Notes: generated by a model from the letters alone, not told the origin. Shown: positions 1-15,510, numbered from the stretch's first letter. The stretch is DNA of 64,000 nt from the human T2T-CHM13v2.0 reference genome, Homo sapiens (GCF_009914755.1 NC_060939.1); one strand, 5' to 3'. Program-made: numbers and translations.

Positions 1-387
1 TGCTTTCTTTGGCTTGAAAGATCCTCTTCAAGGTTCACATGTCGCTGACAATCTCCTACTCTTCCTTCAAGACCCAGCTCAATGTCACCCACTCTTAGAA
101 TTCTTCTCCTGCATCTTCCCTATTCCCCAAACCTCAGGGCAGAACCTGTGGGTGCCTTGGAAGATTGCTCACTGAGGGTCTTCAGTTGGACCTCAAAGGA
201 TAGGTAGGCTTTGGGCCTGTGAAGAAGGGAAAGGTACCTTAGCCAGAGTAACAGCATGGGCAACACACAGACCTGGAGAATGAATGGCTATGAGAGAGAT
301 TTCACTAATTCCTCCAAATCATTATTTTCTCCAGTGTGAGTTGTATTATTTCCTCCTCCCCATGCAGACTTAAATTCTAGGGGTGTG

Positions 388-525
388 CTTTCTTTTTCTC
401 TCCTTTTTTAAGAGATGGGAGTCTCACTTTCTTGGCCAGCTGGTCTCGAACTCCTGCCCTCAGTGATCCTCCCCTCTTGGCCTCCCAAAGTGCTGGGATT
501 ATAGACATGAGCCACTGGGCCAGCC
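388..525 (-). mobile_element. Alu left monomer (FLAM-like)
   Basis: T-rich tail, then gctggtctcgaactcctg...cctcccaaagtgctgggatta...gagccactgggccagcc; single monomer. Confidence 0.9.
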
Positions 526-694
526 CAACGGTTGCACTTTCAATACAGGTGGAGAGTGTCCCTACTGCTTTTCCTGATCCCTGAGAGGGTCTTTCAAAGG
601 AGATCACAGTAGCAATTCACTTCTTTGGAAAAACCGGTCCAAGTAAGGAAAACCTGCCATATATACCCTGCATGTAAGACAGAGTAGAGAAGCC

Positions 695-870
695 ACTGGC
701 CAGGATGCTGGGAGAACGGCATTCTTATCCTAACTCCGTCACTCACTAACTTTCAGACTAGAGGCAAATGCCTCAGCCTCTCTGAGATTAGGTTTCTTCA
801 TCTGTAAAATGGGTATCCTGTGGCCTGCCTGGCCCAATTCCCAGTGCTGTGGTGAAGACCAGATGAGCAA
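695..870 (+). mobile_element. MIR
   Basis: cctctctgag...tttcttcatctgtaaaatggg core. Confidence 0.7.
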
Positions 871-1055
871 CGCTCTGTCCCTATCTAGCTTTGAGACATT
901 GGGAAAGGCATTTAATTACTATACCTTGAATTCTTTGGTCATGAAAACGAGGCCAAGAATACTTTCCAGATTGTTTGGCTATGAGGATTAGATGAAGTAA
1001 CATATGGAAAATGCACAGTACAATGCCTGGTATATAGTAGATATTCAATGGATAT

Positions 1056-1170
1056 TCTTTTCTTTTTTCCTTCCTTCCTTCCTCTCTCCCTTCCTACCTC
1101 CCTTCTTTCTTTCCTTCTTCTTTCCTTCCTTTCCTCCTTCCTTCCCTCCCTCATTCCTTCTCCTTTGTTT
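1056..1170. repeat. (TTCC/CT)n polypyrimidine low-complexity tract
   Basis: About 110 nt almost entirely C/T. Confidence 0.9.
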
Positions 1171-2847
1171 CTTAGTTATAAAAATAAGGAGTTAGAATAA
1201 ATATCCTCTCATTAAATAGTCTAACTCTGTGCCTTTTAAAAAAAATTAAAGATCATGTTTTATTAATGAGATATTATTTGGAAAGCCAAAGAAATATATT
1301 TTCCAAGTAGGAGGGAGAAGATCCAGCTTTTTTCTGCCCTGGGAGCTCCAGAAGTTTAAGGCGAAATGATAAACATGTCAGAATGACTTCTTTATTTCTA
1401 TTTATAATCTTTGCCATACAGCTCGGTGGATGGTGAGGTGCTTTTTCCAGCATAGAAACTTTCCTTGGCCGAGGAAAGGCAAGAATAAATACTTTTCCTG
1501 GGATGAGTCCATTACCGGTGCCCTCTTTCCAATATTCCTCCAGATTGAAATTTATGCTTAAAAATCCAAATGAGTTAGGAGAGACTGTGACTTTCTAAAG
1601 CAAACTCTTTTGCAATGCTATTTTACTGTGAAAAGTCAGCGCTATTTTTCTTTTTTAAGTTGTGATGGCTGCATGTGGATTTCAGGGCAAAGTGGGTATA
1701 TGGTAACCCTGAGGAATTGTCTCTGATCAAGACCACAGGAGAAACTTTCCCATCTCAGCAGGGCCTCTTAAGCCCTAAATGCTTCCCTTCTCTGCATCAC
1801 CACTCAGTGGTGGCTGAGGCAGGCTAGGCTAGCTACCACTCACAGTTTTCCAGGGAGTGGAAAGCTCTGAAATCAAAGAAATGGGTCCTTGAGGGAGGCA
1901 GGAAAGTTGTCTGTCTGGATGTTTCCTCGGACCTCTGTCTGCTTCCTACTCCAGGGCCTCCTGCAGGCAGGTGTTTATGCTGATCATTAGGATCTTATCA
2001 CCTCTCCTCTCCTTGCCTCATTTCTGCACCACCTGGGCCAGTCCGCCCACAAATAAGCCACACCTCCTGGCCCAGGTCAAGCTACTTGTCCTCTGGGAAG
2101 CCCTCCCTGATTACTCCAGATATCAGAATTTTCTTTCCTGGAATCTTTAAAAGATTGAATCATCTCCACTGAATGATCTCCTCCAACACTCTAACCTGAC
2201 CCTGTCAGCTGGATTGAAACTCTTCTCGTATATGTTTGCATGAGGAAGGGTGGGGATGGGTCTCAGGACGGGCACTGGGAGAGAAGATAGAGGTCAAACG
2301 AGGGTGAGAGGACATTGTGTCCTTGTACCTGCACAGCTCCAAGCCCAGTAATGAGCACAAACCAGGTGAGCAATGAATACTTGTGATTAGGAGCCTACAG
2401 TGCACCGTTACTCTAGGAGAGTAACTGCAAACAAAGCGGCAGACGGGGTTCTCGCTCCTCAGGCTTCAGCCCAGAGATCTTATTTATATGCCTGAACAGA
2501 GTAAAGGTAAGTCTATTATTATATTTTTATGTTTGTAATATATACTCTGCCTACTTCCAGAAAAGAATGGAGTTGGCTGACAGTAAACAGTTTATAACAA
2601 GGCTATTTATATAGAAATAGAAACGGAAAGCCATGGTGAAGGAGGAAGGAGCTAAAATGACGATACCTTGGCTGATGTAATTATTATGATTATACACAGC
2701 GTGGAGCTGGGGATGCGGAAGGCTGTGGGACAGGCTGCCCTGGAACATGTAGTGTCTGTCATTTGAAGGAGAAGTGAGGAGAAAGTTGCTCAAATAATTG
2801 GATATTGCTTATAGGAGAATAGGATTTGCATAAATGATGTGTGAGTA

Positions 2848-3143
2848 GGCTGGGCATAGTGGCTCACACCTGTAGTCCCAGCACTACACTACTGAGAGGA
2901 CGAGGTGGGTGAATAGCTTGAGCTCAGGAGTTCAAGACCAGTCTGAGCAACACGGCAAAACCCCATCTCTACAAAAACAACAACAACAAAAATTAGCCAG
3001 CCATGGTGGTGTGTGCCTGTAGTCCCAGCTACTCAGGAGGCTGAGGTGGGAGGATCACTTGAGTCCGGGAGGTAGAGGTTGTGGTGAGCGGTGATTGCAT
3101 CACTGCACTCCAGCCTGAGTGACAGAGTGGGACCCTGTCTCAA

Positions 3144-3186
<43 letters not shown>
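2848..3186 (+). mobile_element. Alu (AluJ-like) with (AAT)n tail
   Basis: Dimeric Alu; ggaggatcacttgag right-arm motif; tail expanded into an (AAT)n microsatellite. Confidence 0.93.
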
Positions 3187-3616
3187 TGTAAGTAGAAGCA
3201 GAGAGGATTATGGGAACATTTGGGGGTATGTGGCTGTGAGGATCCTGACAACTGCTGCAAAGATGAGCGAGAACTGCAATTTAGGAGGCTGCGGTGGCAA
3301 ATTGTGGCTTTATTCTTGGATGATTGTGTTTGGTGCTTCTGGGTCAATTTTCAGACAATATTTAATTTTTCAGTGAGATCTATGACTTGCTTAAATGCAC
3401 CACTTCTTGTAAAAATTATATGATCAGAGCATATACATTTCCATTTTGGCAATAGGTGTTGGTCAGTTAATGTAAAAGGTTTCAGTGTTTCTTAATTATT
3501 TAACCTCTCTGGGCATTCGTCATCTTATTTGTATGATGTAGATAATAGCATTTTTCCTATTTTACGTGGTTGTTGAGAGGATCCGATGGAATGACTAGCT
3601 GAAAGTGTTTGTAAAA

Positions 3617-4000
3617 GTCAGGATAAGTAAAGCAATGCTGCAGGAACAAACAATCCCCAAATTTCAGCAGCTTACTACAAAAAAATATGTATTTCTCACT
3701 CATGTTCATGTCCAATGTGTGTTAGCAAGGAGATACTGTCTCTCACAGTCATGCAAGACCCCTTGCTGGGGAAGCTGCACCTCCATATATGCTTCTACCA
3801 TCACCAGGGCAGAGGAGAGGGAGCATGGTGGATCATACACTGGCTCTTAAGACTTCACTTGTGTGACATATGTCACTTCTACTCATGTATCATCGGCCAA
3901 ACCAAGTCACATGGCCATAGTCTCACTTGAAAAGGGGCAGGAGAAGTGCAAACTTATCATGGGCCCAAAGGAGAAGAGAATCAGAGTATTTCTGAACAGT
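3617..4000 (-). mobile_element. Old MLT1 (K/L-like) LTR
   Basis: aacaaacaatccccaaatttcagcagctta...caagtcacatggcca...ggggcaggagaagtgcaa. Confidence 0.7.
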
Positions 4001-5279
4001 TTTAATTTTGGCACAGACTTGAAAGTACTTAGAATTAGCTCCAAAAATATATGAATATTTTCATTCTCCAAGCAGCTGTATTTGTATCACAACGGAAGTC
4101 CTGAACTCTAAGCTGCAGGGAGCATTACTGATGTCAGAATAGCTCATCAATTTCAACAGGTCAACTCCACGATGTAGCAGTGGTCCAAACTGAAGCCAGT
4201 GCACCACTTACTAGCTACTGCAGACAGACTGGAGAAGTCTCACCTCGTGCCAACTCCCACTGATTGTTGGTGGCTTCTGGGAGATTTGTGTAAAGGATTG
4301 GTTCTGGGGCTTGTAGAGAAAGAGTTGTAATTGATTAATAATGTCTAACATGGGAACAAGAAGTGGGGAGTGGAAGCCATTGCCAGGCTTTTGTCAACCT
4401 TAATCAATCGCATCGCTCAGAGGGCTTCACAGTAGCTGTTGAAAGGATTTGCCTACAGAGATCCATCCTGGGGAGTGGCTTCCAAACTCCTCTCTTCCCA
4501 GCATGCATTACAGGGCCAGTCCACAGCTTACAAAGGACCAGGTTATCTCTGCATTGTCCCAGGTTCAGCCCAGCCTGGGCATCTTCAGTCTTCTTTGGCT
4601 GTACCAGGTAACACATCTTTCTAGAGACCCTGAGAGAATGCCATTTTCTGAGTTTCCACAGGCTAGCCAGAAAGGCTGTTAAATAACTCACCCAGCTAGT
4701 TCTTTCCAAAAATACCCAGTCCTATTTTTAAAATGGAGGATTATATAATTCTTCAACTGGCCTCACTCATTTCCCTTTTTGCATAGATGCCATGCCTGTC
4801 AGAGTGTGGTTAGGAGCTCAGGAAGCCATGGAGAGGCACAGGATTTGAAATCTGCAGTCTCATGAGACAGGAAGTTGATTCCACTCATGGCAGGGTTGGG
4901 TCCTGTCTAGTGGATGGTCACTCTTAGGGATGGTTCCAGATGTCTTGCTGGGTTCGGCTTGCTTATGTTTGCTTTAATCAGGATGCCAGTGGTGTGGTTC
5001 AGAAGTTGCTTTTCATCTGGGATCTTTGTCATATCCATTAATGTCTTGATCATGACAGGATGTGACCTGGAATGGGAACATTGGTACAATTCCTCAAATT
5101 TATGTTCACCAAGACCAATGACAGCACACCCTGAGTATTCCCCCTTTACCCTCTACAGCATTCATAAACAGAAATTGGGGACTTTAATCATTTTAAATGA
5201 TGGGCTAGATTGCTTTCAGCCTATTTTGTTTTAAGGAGGAAAGAAAGGATCTTCTCTTAGAGAAAGAGGAAGGGAATGG

Positions 5280-5490
5280 GGGAACATTTATTAAGCACCT
5301 ACTTTAGGCCCATGCCAGGTATTTCTTATACATTATGACATTGATCCTCATGAATATCCTTGAGCTATGGGTCTCAATAACCCTATTTTGTGGATGGAGG
5401 AAACTGAGGCTCAGTTAAGTTGGTTGACTTGGTCACTTGGTCACAATAGGACAGAGTCAGGATTCAAAGGCAAGTCTGTCTGAAACCCCT
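5280..5490 (-). mobile_element. MIR
   Basis: catttattaagcacctact...ggaggaaactgaggctcag...ggattcaaa. Confidence 0.75.
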
Positions 5491-8400
5491 TGACTTCTGC
5501 AGTCAACCAGAGAATTGAATTGTAGACATCTCAAAGTGGCCAGCATGACAAGGGTGGGACAGTGAAGCTCAACCAGCCTTTCTCTTGCCCATGTTAATCT
5601 TTGATTCTCGGCTAAGGTCACAGCTCCTGCTCTGGACTGTTCCAGAATTCCATGGGGCTGTGCAAAAACATGCCACCTCTTCTGTCTCCCTCTCTCTCTG
5701 AGTTGGATGTTTCTTTTCCCTGACTGATTTTCCTCTATTTAATCTGGAATTCTCCAGGGCAGTGGTATTCCATGGTAGTGCTGCTACCCAGACTGGTCAG
5801 AGGAAAGTGGGCAGCCTGTTCCTTATAAATACCGTGAGTCACATGTCTTCCCAACTGCCAAAAATATTCAAGCAGAGCCCAGTATTCCTTTGGCCTGCAT
5901 AAATTTCTGAGGACTGGTAGCATAGTGTATCCTTTATATTCATAGATGCGTATGCTCTCCTGGGGTCTTCTTAGCTTAGGAACCTGGTTTTTGATGGGTC
6001 AAGGTTTTTTCCTTGATTCATCCAACCTGAACCACAGTCAGGATCATCAGTTACAAGGAGTAGCAGTGGATCACAGCATAGGATGTGGATTCAGGAGGGC
6101 TGGCTTGGCTGCTGACTAGCCAAGTGACCCTGAACTACTCCCTCAACTTTCTGATTCTCAGTTTCTGAGTCTGTAAAAGGGGGTAATAATAGTTATTAAG
6201 GGCACAGGCCATAGAAGCTGATAGATCTGGATTTAATTCCCGAGGACAGTGAGAACTAGGTAACTGTAGTTAAGTCCCTCAACCTTTTCAAACCTCAGTT
6301 TTCTCACCTATTATAGAAAAGAAATTATAATAATACTTAACCCGCTGGGACGCTGTACACAGTAAATGAATGTAAACATGGGAATACTTAGGACAATTTC
6401 TGGTATTTAATAAATGTTAAATATGTTTTGAATATTACTGTTTTATGTTATTATTAACTAGTTTACAAGGGGAGGATCAAGTAAACTAAAAATGTGAAAG
6501 TGTCTGATACAGAGTTTGGAACCCAAAAGATGCTTCAAAATAGTGAAATTTGCACTTCATCATAAAGATGTGAAACCTTTGAGAAGGCAGTAGTTGGAAA
6601 GGAACTGTTCAAACAACTGGCTCTGTGCTGGTTGCTCAGAATTTAGAGATGAGCTTCACTCATCTGCTGGCCCCTTGGAGCACATAATCTCACGGGGAAA
6701 TAGCTGCTGGCAGGATGGCATTGTGAGGATGCAGACAACTCAGAGGAATGAGGGAGCAGGGAGCATGGGAGACTCATTATTTCCTGGCTTATTGCATTCA
6801 GGAACCTTAATTTCTGTTTTATTCCTGGTGGTTTGATCTACCAGTGCTGTCAGTGACCAGAAAGAGAAGCAGAGGTCAAGTTATAAAAGTTCATGTTAGG
6901 AAGTTATGACCCATATATAGCCAACAGCTGTGGAAAGCGTTTAGGCAGGAGAAAGGATGAGTACAGGTGCTTTCTAGGAAGATAGTTCTGGCAACTACGT
7001 GGATTGGGTAGAAGCAGGTAGATAAAAGCAGGGAGATCGGCAGGGAGGCTTTTTCCATCAACCAGGTGAAAATAATAGGGTCCGAAAATAGAAGAGCATA
7101 TTCAAGAGGCCTGTGAGAGATGAGTAGACAGGTTCATCCAAGAAGACAGGCTGAAGGGTTGCCACTCAATCAGGGTGTGAGAGGGGACAGTGTGAGGGAG
7201 AGGGAATGAGGTCTTTGGGGGAGAAAAGACCTTTGTGTATCCCTTACATCTCTTTCTCTCCATTGGAACTTCTTCTAATGGGCTACTTAGAGGTGCCCAT
7301 GGGCCATGGAACAAATTGGGGCTGAAAGGAGAAGGAGGACTGCCTGAAGGCACAGCTCTGTGTGGCAGATCCCTGAAAGGGACTCTCAGGACAGTCTCCC
7401 CTTGGGATTAGAAAGGTATGCATGTCAGGAGCTCTTGGAAGCACTTGAACTTTCTAGAGGCCGCCATGTTGGAAGGCTGTTGTTTGCCATTGGGCACCTG
7501 AAGAGTGACACAGCTGGTTTTCTTTTCCTCCTGGTTGCTGCACCTTGAGACTGTGGTGCTATGATTGGATCAGTTCATCCTCAAGTGGAGAATAACTGGA
7601 AGTGTGCCAATGTGTCCCAGTGTTACCTGGGATCTGACAGCCCCTGAAGCCATTGTACATCCAACTGGCTTCGACAGAAGCTCCCAGTCAAGACTGAAAC
7701 TTTGATGCTTCTTGTGCACAGCTTCCTGGCTCCCCCAGATGTGTTTCCCATCAGTCCCAGTGCCGAGCCCAGAGCCTGGTTTTCTGCAGGCACTCAGAGC
7801 ATGGCTGTTGACTGAATGCATGAGCCTCCCTGTTGCCTGCCGCTGGGGCTACCACCTCAGAGACCTTGCAGGAAGTGAGGGTGATTGATGTTTGTAATGA
7901 CCTCATGGTGTTTTGACAGTCTTCTCATATGTGCAGTCACAGCTCTGTCCCTTTCCAACCCAAATCCAGCCTGTGCCAGGCATCAGGTCTCTGAAACGAG
8001 GGCCAGGTTCCCCTTGGTGTGGATTCATGAGCCTCCCTTTAAGCTGTCACTGTCCGGTTCTTATGCAGGCTCTGTTTTCACAAGACCCAGTCTTTCTCCT
8101 TGATTTTCCACATGAAGGACAGAAAAGATTGTGAATAAGCTCAGAGCAGAAAGCTCTGATCTGACATTAGCAGTGTCAATACCACATTGAAAACAGTGGC
8201 TTGCCCAGTGATGGTGAACACTCTAAGGTGGCTCGGTTTTCGTAGGACCAAGCACAGCTGCTTGGCTAACGATTTGGTTTTATTTCCTCCTCTCATGTTG
8301 TTTGTGGCATCAAATGAGGATATTTCCACTTTGAGAGTGTCCCTCTCCCCAACGTGGTGCCATTTGGTTTATATGCCTTGATTGACTTCCATCTGCTGCC

Positions 8401-10739
8401 ACACAGGACACCTCCTCACTCTTGAGCTTTTCAAACAGATGGTCAGAAATGAGAGCCAAATTTGAGAAACAGTCAAACGAAGTGAGAACATGGGGCTGGG
8501 AGTCCAGGGGCCAGAATCCAGGCTTGGATGAGCTACTGACTGATTGTGTGGTCCTGAAAAATTGCTGAATGTTTCTGGGCATCCGCTATTTTGCATATTA
8601 AAATAACAATAACAACAACAACAACAACCCGCAATCCTTTCTTACGCTAAGATTTAAATGGGAGAGAACAGGGTTTCAGGAAGGGAAATGGAGAAACGGT
8701 TTGTTTGAATTTCTTGTTTAAATGAGAGTATGCCTCTGTTTACACCCCTGGGGAGTCTCGGCCTGTGTGGTTTTTACAGATATTTGTATGTGTTAATTCC
8801 CCTTGAGCTAAACACAAGTCGTTCCGTTGATGGCAACTAGCTTCAGACACAGTTGGAGTCCCCAGAGGGTTGGCCAGGAGCAAAGTGTGTACCCACGTGA
8901 GGCCTTTGGAGATGATGCCGTCAGTGAGAGGAATCTGCCCTGGCATTCCAGGGCCAGAATTAGTTGGGGCATGGATGGAGACTTGGGATCCTGTTGTCAA
9001 CCACAGAGGTCTCCTGATGTGGCTCTGCAGGGACTTTTCAGTCTTAGCTCAGCTTTCCAACAGGTCCACCTTCTCCCCTAGACCCTGGGGACCCAGTCCC
9101 TTTCCCCTTCTGTAATCCTCAAACCACCCACGCCATCACTTGGGGTCTCCTGTCCTGAGACTAGATATGAGGAGGCCCCATTTTCCCAACTCAACCCTGA
9201 TGGTGGGTTCCAGCTACACCAGGTATGGGTAAATCTTAACAGTTTTACTAATTTTTAAGATAGGGAGAGGTGATAAGAATGTTCTGTGAGTTGTATATTT
9301 GGACTGAGGTCAAAATGAAGGCACTTCCAGAAGGTGAAATGATGAATACAAGAAAAAAGACGATGGACCTTTCTTTCACATTTACAATATGCCCAACAGA
9401 AGGCCAGGTGTGGGAATTCTCTCATCCACCTGTAAACTATCCCTGTCTCACAGATGGGGAAACTGAGCACACCTGTTAAGTGGTAAAGCTGGGATTTAAC
9501 CCCCAATGTGCAGACTCTAAGACCCCAGCACAGCATCAAGAAGGGGCCTGGTCAATGCACCCCTGAATTTGGCATGTCTGAAGCACTGAACTCTCCCTGC
9601 TGTTGGGGCTATAAGTCTTTTCTTTAGCCTGGGACAGCAATTAGGCTTTGTCTTGCTTATCAGCGCAAGTGAGAAAGACCGTGAAGGCACACTGGGGGGC
9701 CCTGGGGACGGGTGTTGTGTTTGATGAGTGACATCTGCCTGGAGTTTGAAAAGGGGAAGTGAGGGATGTTTGCTTTATATTTCATGGCTGTGCTATAAGA
9801 TTCGAGGCAGTCCAGTCCACAGCTGCAGCTCCCCCACCCTCACCTGCTGGTGCTTACCCACTAGTGCCACCTGCTCTTGAGGGTGGCATAGGGTCTTTTC
9901 TTGTTTGGGCCTCAGATTCTCATCTTTTGGGCTTCTGGGTGAAACTGTCACCAGGGCAGTCCCCTCTGTCACAGTCTCAGCTGGCATCCCTGAAGAGTTC
10001 TGCTTGTTGCTCCTGTCCTCTCCTCTTAAGACCCAAGAGGACAGTCTCCAGCATCCTCTGCTCCAGACCCGCAGCCTCTTGCCCCATGAGCACTTGGAGC
10101 CATCCATGTCCCCAGCCACTACACCTCAATTCAACACATTTGGATATTCTGGCCTCTATTTGGAGGGGAGGGGGCAGGAGGTGTGCACATTATTCTGACA
10201 TCAGCAGCCTGGCCCAACAGGGTGGCCGGTTCTTTAATATTGTCTTGATTCACTAATTACATTTTATAAGTAGTTGGAAAGATGGTTACTAAATAGGAAA
10301 GGCTCATTGTCTCTTGTCTTTGATTCTTCCCACCTCTTTGAACTAGGTAGGGTGGGTGCTTATGTTTCTGGTTCCCACATAGTAAGCAGACTAGTTGGGA
10401 CAGACTCAATAGGCCCACTTTTCTCCAGCTCAGAAAGTGATCTCGCAGGGCCTGTGGCAGAAGCAGTGTTTTCCTATGTTTGGGCTCAGCTTTTATCATC
10501 AGATTGGGATATATGAAGTTCTGGAATATTCTTGAGCTGTGAACTGTGAGCTTGAGTAAAATAGATCCTTTGATCTCCATTTGGGTCTGCATGTATTCCC
10601 CACCAGCTAAAGAGGGAGGAAGGAGGTGTCATCAGCACCCCAGCCTGCTCACATCTTACCTATGGGCTGTCATAACAAACTTGTGATGTAGGTTTGAGAG
10701 GTCTTGATATCACCATTTATAGGTGAAGACAATAACTAA

Positions 10740-10980
10740 GAGTTAACTGTGTACCGGATGGGCATTGTACCACTATGAAGTGTGTGTGTGTGTGTGTGCA
10801 TGTGTGCATAAAACTTCATTTAATAACTCACAACAAACCTATGGTAGCATTACCTTCAATTTATAAATGAGGAAACTGAGGCTCAGCAAGGTTAAATGAT
10901 GTGTCAAGAAAAACACATAGTAGTGAATAGCTGAACCAGGAAAAAAATGTACAATTCCTAACTTCAAGGCCCAAGCCCTT
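10740..10980 (-). mobile_element. MIR containing a short (TG)n
   Basis: atgaggaaactgaggctcagcaaggttaaatga. Confidence 0.7.
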
Positions 10981-12900
10981 TCCCCCACCCTCGGTGAAGC
11001 AGGCATTATTTTCTCCTCTTATTCTTGTAAATGTTAATAAGAATTTCCAGGACAGGGCTGGGCTAGAAAGTCCTCTGTCTGACCTGCTATTTAAACCACT
11101 CCAAATGCTGAGCATTGGCCAAGCCACAGCATGCATGGCCATGGTTCAAACAAGTAAGCAAAGCCATTGCGCCTTCTCATTAGCATTGGGAGGAGAACAA
11201 AAGTGAGAGAGGCAAAGTGTCCATCAGCGATTTCACTTTGAAGCCAAGGCCCTGGATTTGCATCTGGCCAGATCTCTCAGATATCATTCAGGGCACAGAA
11301 TGGGTGGCAAGATGCAGGATGACCCCTCGGGCTTTAAGAATGCTCCCCTTTCCCCAACTAAGATCTGCAGATAGCTCTCCTGTGCTTTTGCTCCGACTGT
11401 CCTCTGACCATCACAGACTGCCCGAGGGCACATTTGTCTGTTATTGCCCAGGCAACAGAAACATCTGAGATAAAGAAAAGATTGTGGGCACCTGGCCTTC
11501 TCTGTTTGTATGACATACAGACTCACCTTTTAGACTCTCCCACCTACAATTGTACAAATTGTTACTTAGGAACTTCACCATCTGCACGTCTTTCTTCTGT
11601 GCAACTCCATCCAATCATTTTCATTCATTTAGTGTTAACCATCTCCTTCTGCATGCTAGGCTGCTTTATGCATGGTAGGGAATTAAAAATATATGTGATC
11701 CTACTCTCAAAGATCTTATATTTTAGATAGTGTATTTTCTCCGGATGCTACAAATACTGCATTATTTACAAAACTCATTTGCTGTCAAGTTACCAGTCTG
11801 GGCATTTTTGTTGTCTGTTTGGGTTTATTCTGCATGCAGCTCTTTTCTCTCATTTCCCCTGCCGCCTTCCTGGTGCATAGTAACCTTTAGTGGCCTTGGC
11901 TTCTATGAGGCTTCTACATCTTGCCTTAGGGTAAGCAAAGGGCTACTTTAGAATAAGCTGGTCAGTACCAAGAATATCACTTAACACTTTTTGGTGCTGT
12001 CTTTTGTGGTCATAGCAAGGGTTTTCCTGGATTTTCAGTGTACAAACCGAGTTATAGGTTTATGCAGCAACTCATGATCAGAGCGAGTCTTGCAGAGAAC
12101 TAAGACCTGAACTTGAGCTATAGTCTCTTGGCTTTTAAATTATGCAGGCCTCAAATTGCAGAGCCTCCACCTTTCGCTGTTATAATTAGGGTATAATAAG
12201 TATTATATAATCATATGTGCCAGACTTGGGGCAGAGGCCACAGTCATAGGCAAAATTTGGCCCACAGAAGTCATGCATTTGGCCTTCCAGGGATGGATGC
12301 CTTTAACTGTGGCATTCATGCTTCAGTGTGCCCTCCAGTTGGCCACAGTCCCTACTGCTCCTTATTGCCTCTCACCCAGCCTCTCCCTTCATTTCTTAGC
12401 TACCTGTTCCCTGATGGGTTTGAGTTTTCACCTTCTGTTTAGCATAACATCCTCATTTAATCCTCTTAATAACTCAAAAACATTTTATGGGTGAGGAAAC
12501 TGAGGCCCATTTAGAGGTTGTGTTACTTGTCCCAAGTCCTACAATAAGAAGCAGGACTGAGGATGGGTTTACTCTTTCTAAGGTCATAGTTCCTGCCCTT
12601 TCACTCCATGGTGCTGCTTCCAACCTGCTTCTTTATCCATTAGACAAATCACTACCATGCACAGCAGTGGGCCAGGTCTCACCTGGGGATAGATGACGTG
12701 TCCCCAGTGATGATTTTGTTCCACCATTTGAAGCACATGATTAACTCAGTTCTTTTTACCTGATATGAGAAAGGGAGAGAAAGAGAGAAAATACCACTCT
12801 GTCCCTAAGGTGGTCACCATGGGAGTGAGTAGTGGGAGAAGGGAAACTGGCTTATAAAGAGATACTGCAGTATAGCCTGATAGTTTTCAGTCCAAAGTCA

Positions 12901-13230
<330 letters not shown>

Positions 13231-13640
13231 TTAGGAAACATATTCCTTTGCTACTGAGAATTAGGAAAGGATGCATCTACATACCTGAGACTTGGAGAAA
13301 TTTTGACAAAATTATCATGGAGAGGAGACTAGAGTGAAAAATCTCCTCCCTCCATCTCCCTCAAAACTGTGGAATTCCCAAGCTGGCAAAATTAATTTAC
13401 TGTCAGTTTATCAGTTTGGCATTCCTGTAGCAAATCTAAATTATCCCCATCTCCCCTTCCCCATCTCTGAAAGATTTGAAACAGTCTCATACCACCTCTG
13501 TCAGAATCCTAAGTAGATAGATCCAGTTGAAATATTTGAATGTGAGGCATGAAGGAAAAAAGTCATTATCAAAGGGTTAAAAAAAGGATTTCATGTGAAG
13601 AAAAGTGCTTTGGTTTTCCCCAAGACTTCTTAAGAATGCA

Positions 13641-13940
13641 GGCCGGGTGTGGTGGCTCACGCCTATAATCCTAGCACTTTGGGAGGCCGAGGCAGGCAGA
13701 TCACCTGAGGTCAGGGGTTCGAGACCAGCCTAGCTAACATGGTGAAACCTCGTCTCTACTAAAAATACAGAAAATTAGCCCGGTGTGGTGGTGGATGCCT
13801 GTAATCCCAGTTACTCGGGAGGCTCAGCCAGGACTATCACTTGAACCCAGAAGGTGGAGGCTGCAGTGAGCTGAGATTGTGCCACTGCACTCCAGCCTGG
13901 GTGAAAGAGTGAGACTCTGTCTCAAAAGAAAAAAAAAAAA
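13641..13940 (+). mobile_element. Alu (AluS)
   Basis: Full-length ggccgggtgtggtggctcacgcc... with poly-A. Confidence 0.95.
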
Positions 13941-15507
13941 TGCCGAATGCCACGCAGCAGTCCCAGAATCCAGAGGTGAAAAGTCTGGTCCAAACATCCC
14001 ATTGTCCAAAATAATAAGGCAATACACAATTTGAATCATTTGATCATAGAGCTTGATTTGAAAGACATATTTTGAATACTAGAAGGGTTGTTCATTCCTT
14101 AGAATAAACCTATGGCTAATCATTTGTAAAGTGAATATTCTTATATAATGAATTTTTTCTGGTGATGTAAATATATACTTCCTAGCCTATTTATGAATTT
14201 CACACATGGAGTTTTCTAAAAGCAGGGCGTAGTGGAATTGAATCTTCTAAGAAAAATAGCAGGCACTTTGAGATGACAGGAACTGGTTTTCTTCCTCTTG
14301 TTTTTCTCAGTCTGTGTTGTAGGTGCTGTAATTAAAAACCAGGCTTTGGAACAGGTCTCCACTGGAGTGGTCTTGAGTAGACTTACAAATGGCTGCAATG
14401 CTTCCAATGGCAGTTGATCTGTGTGAGCCAGGAGTGGGGTAGAAATCTGGGGACTGGAATTTCAGTCTGAGTTCAGGATTGCTCATCTGCAACTGGCAAC
14501 AATGGCCTCTTCCTCTTTTCCCTGCACAGAAAGTGGTCTGTGAAATTAAAGTGGAGAACAGCTGCTAGGAGCTCATGCTGGGGACCCACAGTGGAGGCCA
14601 CATTTTGTGATCCCAGAGGGATTCCCAAACCCACCTGACAGCTGCTCCAGGCCTTCTCTGTTCTCCTGATCCCTGCCCTGATGGAGGCCTGACCCATCTG
14701 GCCAGAGTGCCTTCAACTCCCACCTTGAAATACCTGTCACCGCCCACATCCCTGGCCTTCCTCAGGACTTAGAGGTTGAGGGGCTTGTCTTTCCCGCTTG
14801 GGCCCTTCCCTCCCACTCCTTCCGTCTTCTGGGTTCCTGATATCTGAGCACCCTCATACGATTCCTGATCCTCATTCAGCTGCTGCTGTTGCTCAGCTGA
14901 TGCCTTTGGGAATGAGATGCCTGCCTCTGCCACCCTTAGCTCCCTGTCACACGGTTCCTCATTAGCTCCTGCTGTCTCACTTCCACCTTTGTGGTTCCAC
15001 AGAGCCTCTCCTTTTAAAAGCTACCCACATTTTTCATCCTTCTGGACCGCCCTGCCATGTTGGGCACCCCTTAGATCAGTTCTCAAACCATATTCCACGG
15101 AACCCTAGGATTTACACAAAGGTTTCTCTGGAGTTTTGAGGAAAGGAGGTAATAAGCTGGTCTTCACCCTATTTCAGCCAGTGCAACTGCTCTTATCAAT
15201 TAACTACTGGGATGTTATGAGGAGTTTCTTAGAACAGAGATTTGCTGCACAGGCTCTGGGCCTAATGTAGATGCACCTAGAAGGCCTGCTCTGGGGCTGT
15301 GCACATCAGAGGCAGGAATTTCTGCAGGTTGACCAAATACCTTTAAGGAGTATTGGGTTTTTATGGGGAGTATAGGAAGGCTGGTAAACCAACGCTTCCT
15401 TTATGCAATTTCCCCAAATCTTACTGTGCAAATCTCTTCTCACAAATCTCCAGGCAGTTATCTTGGGACTGATGCTTCTTGACCTAGTACCATAGAAGGG
15501 AGGTAGC

Positions 15508-15510
<3 letters not shown>
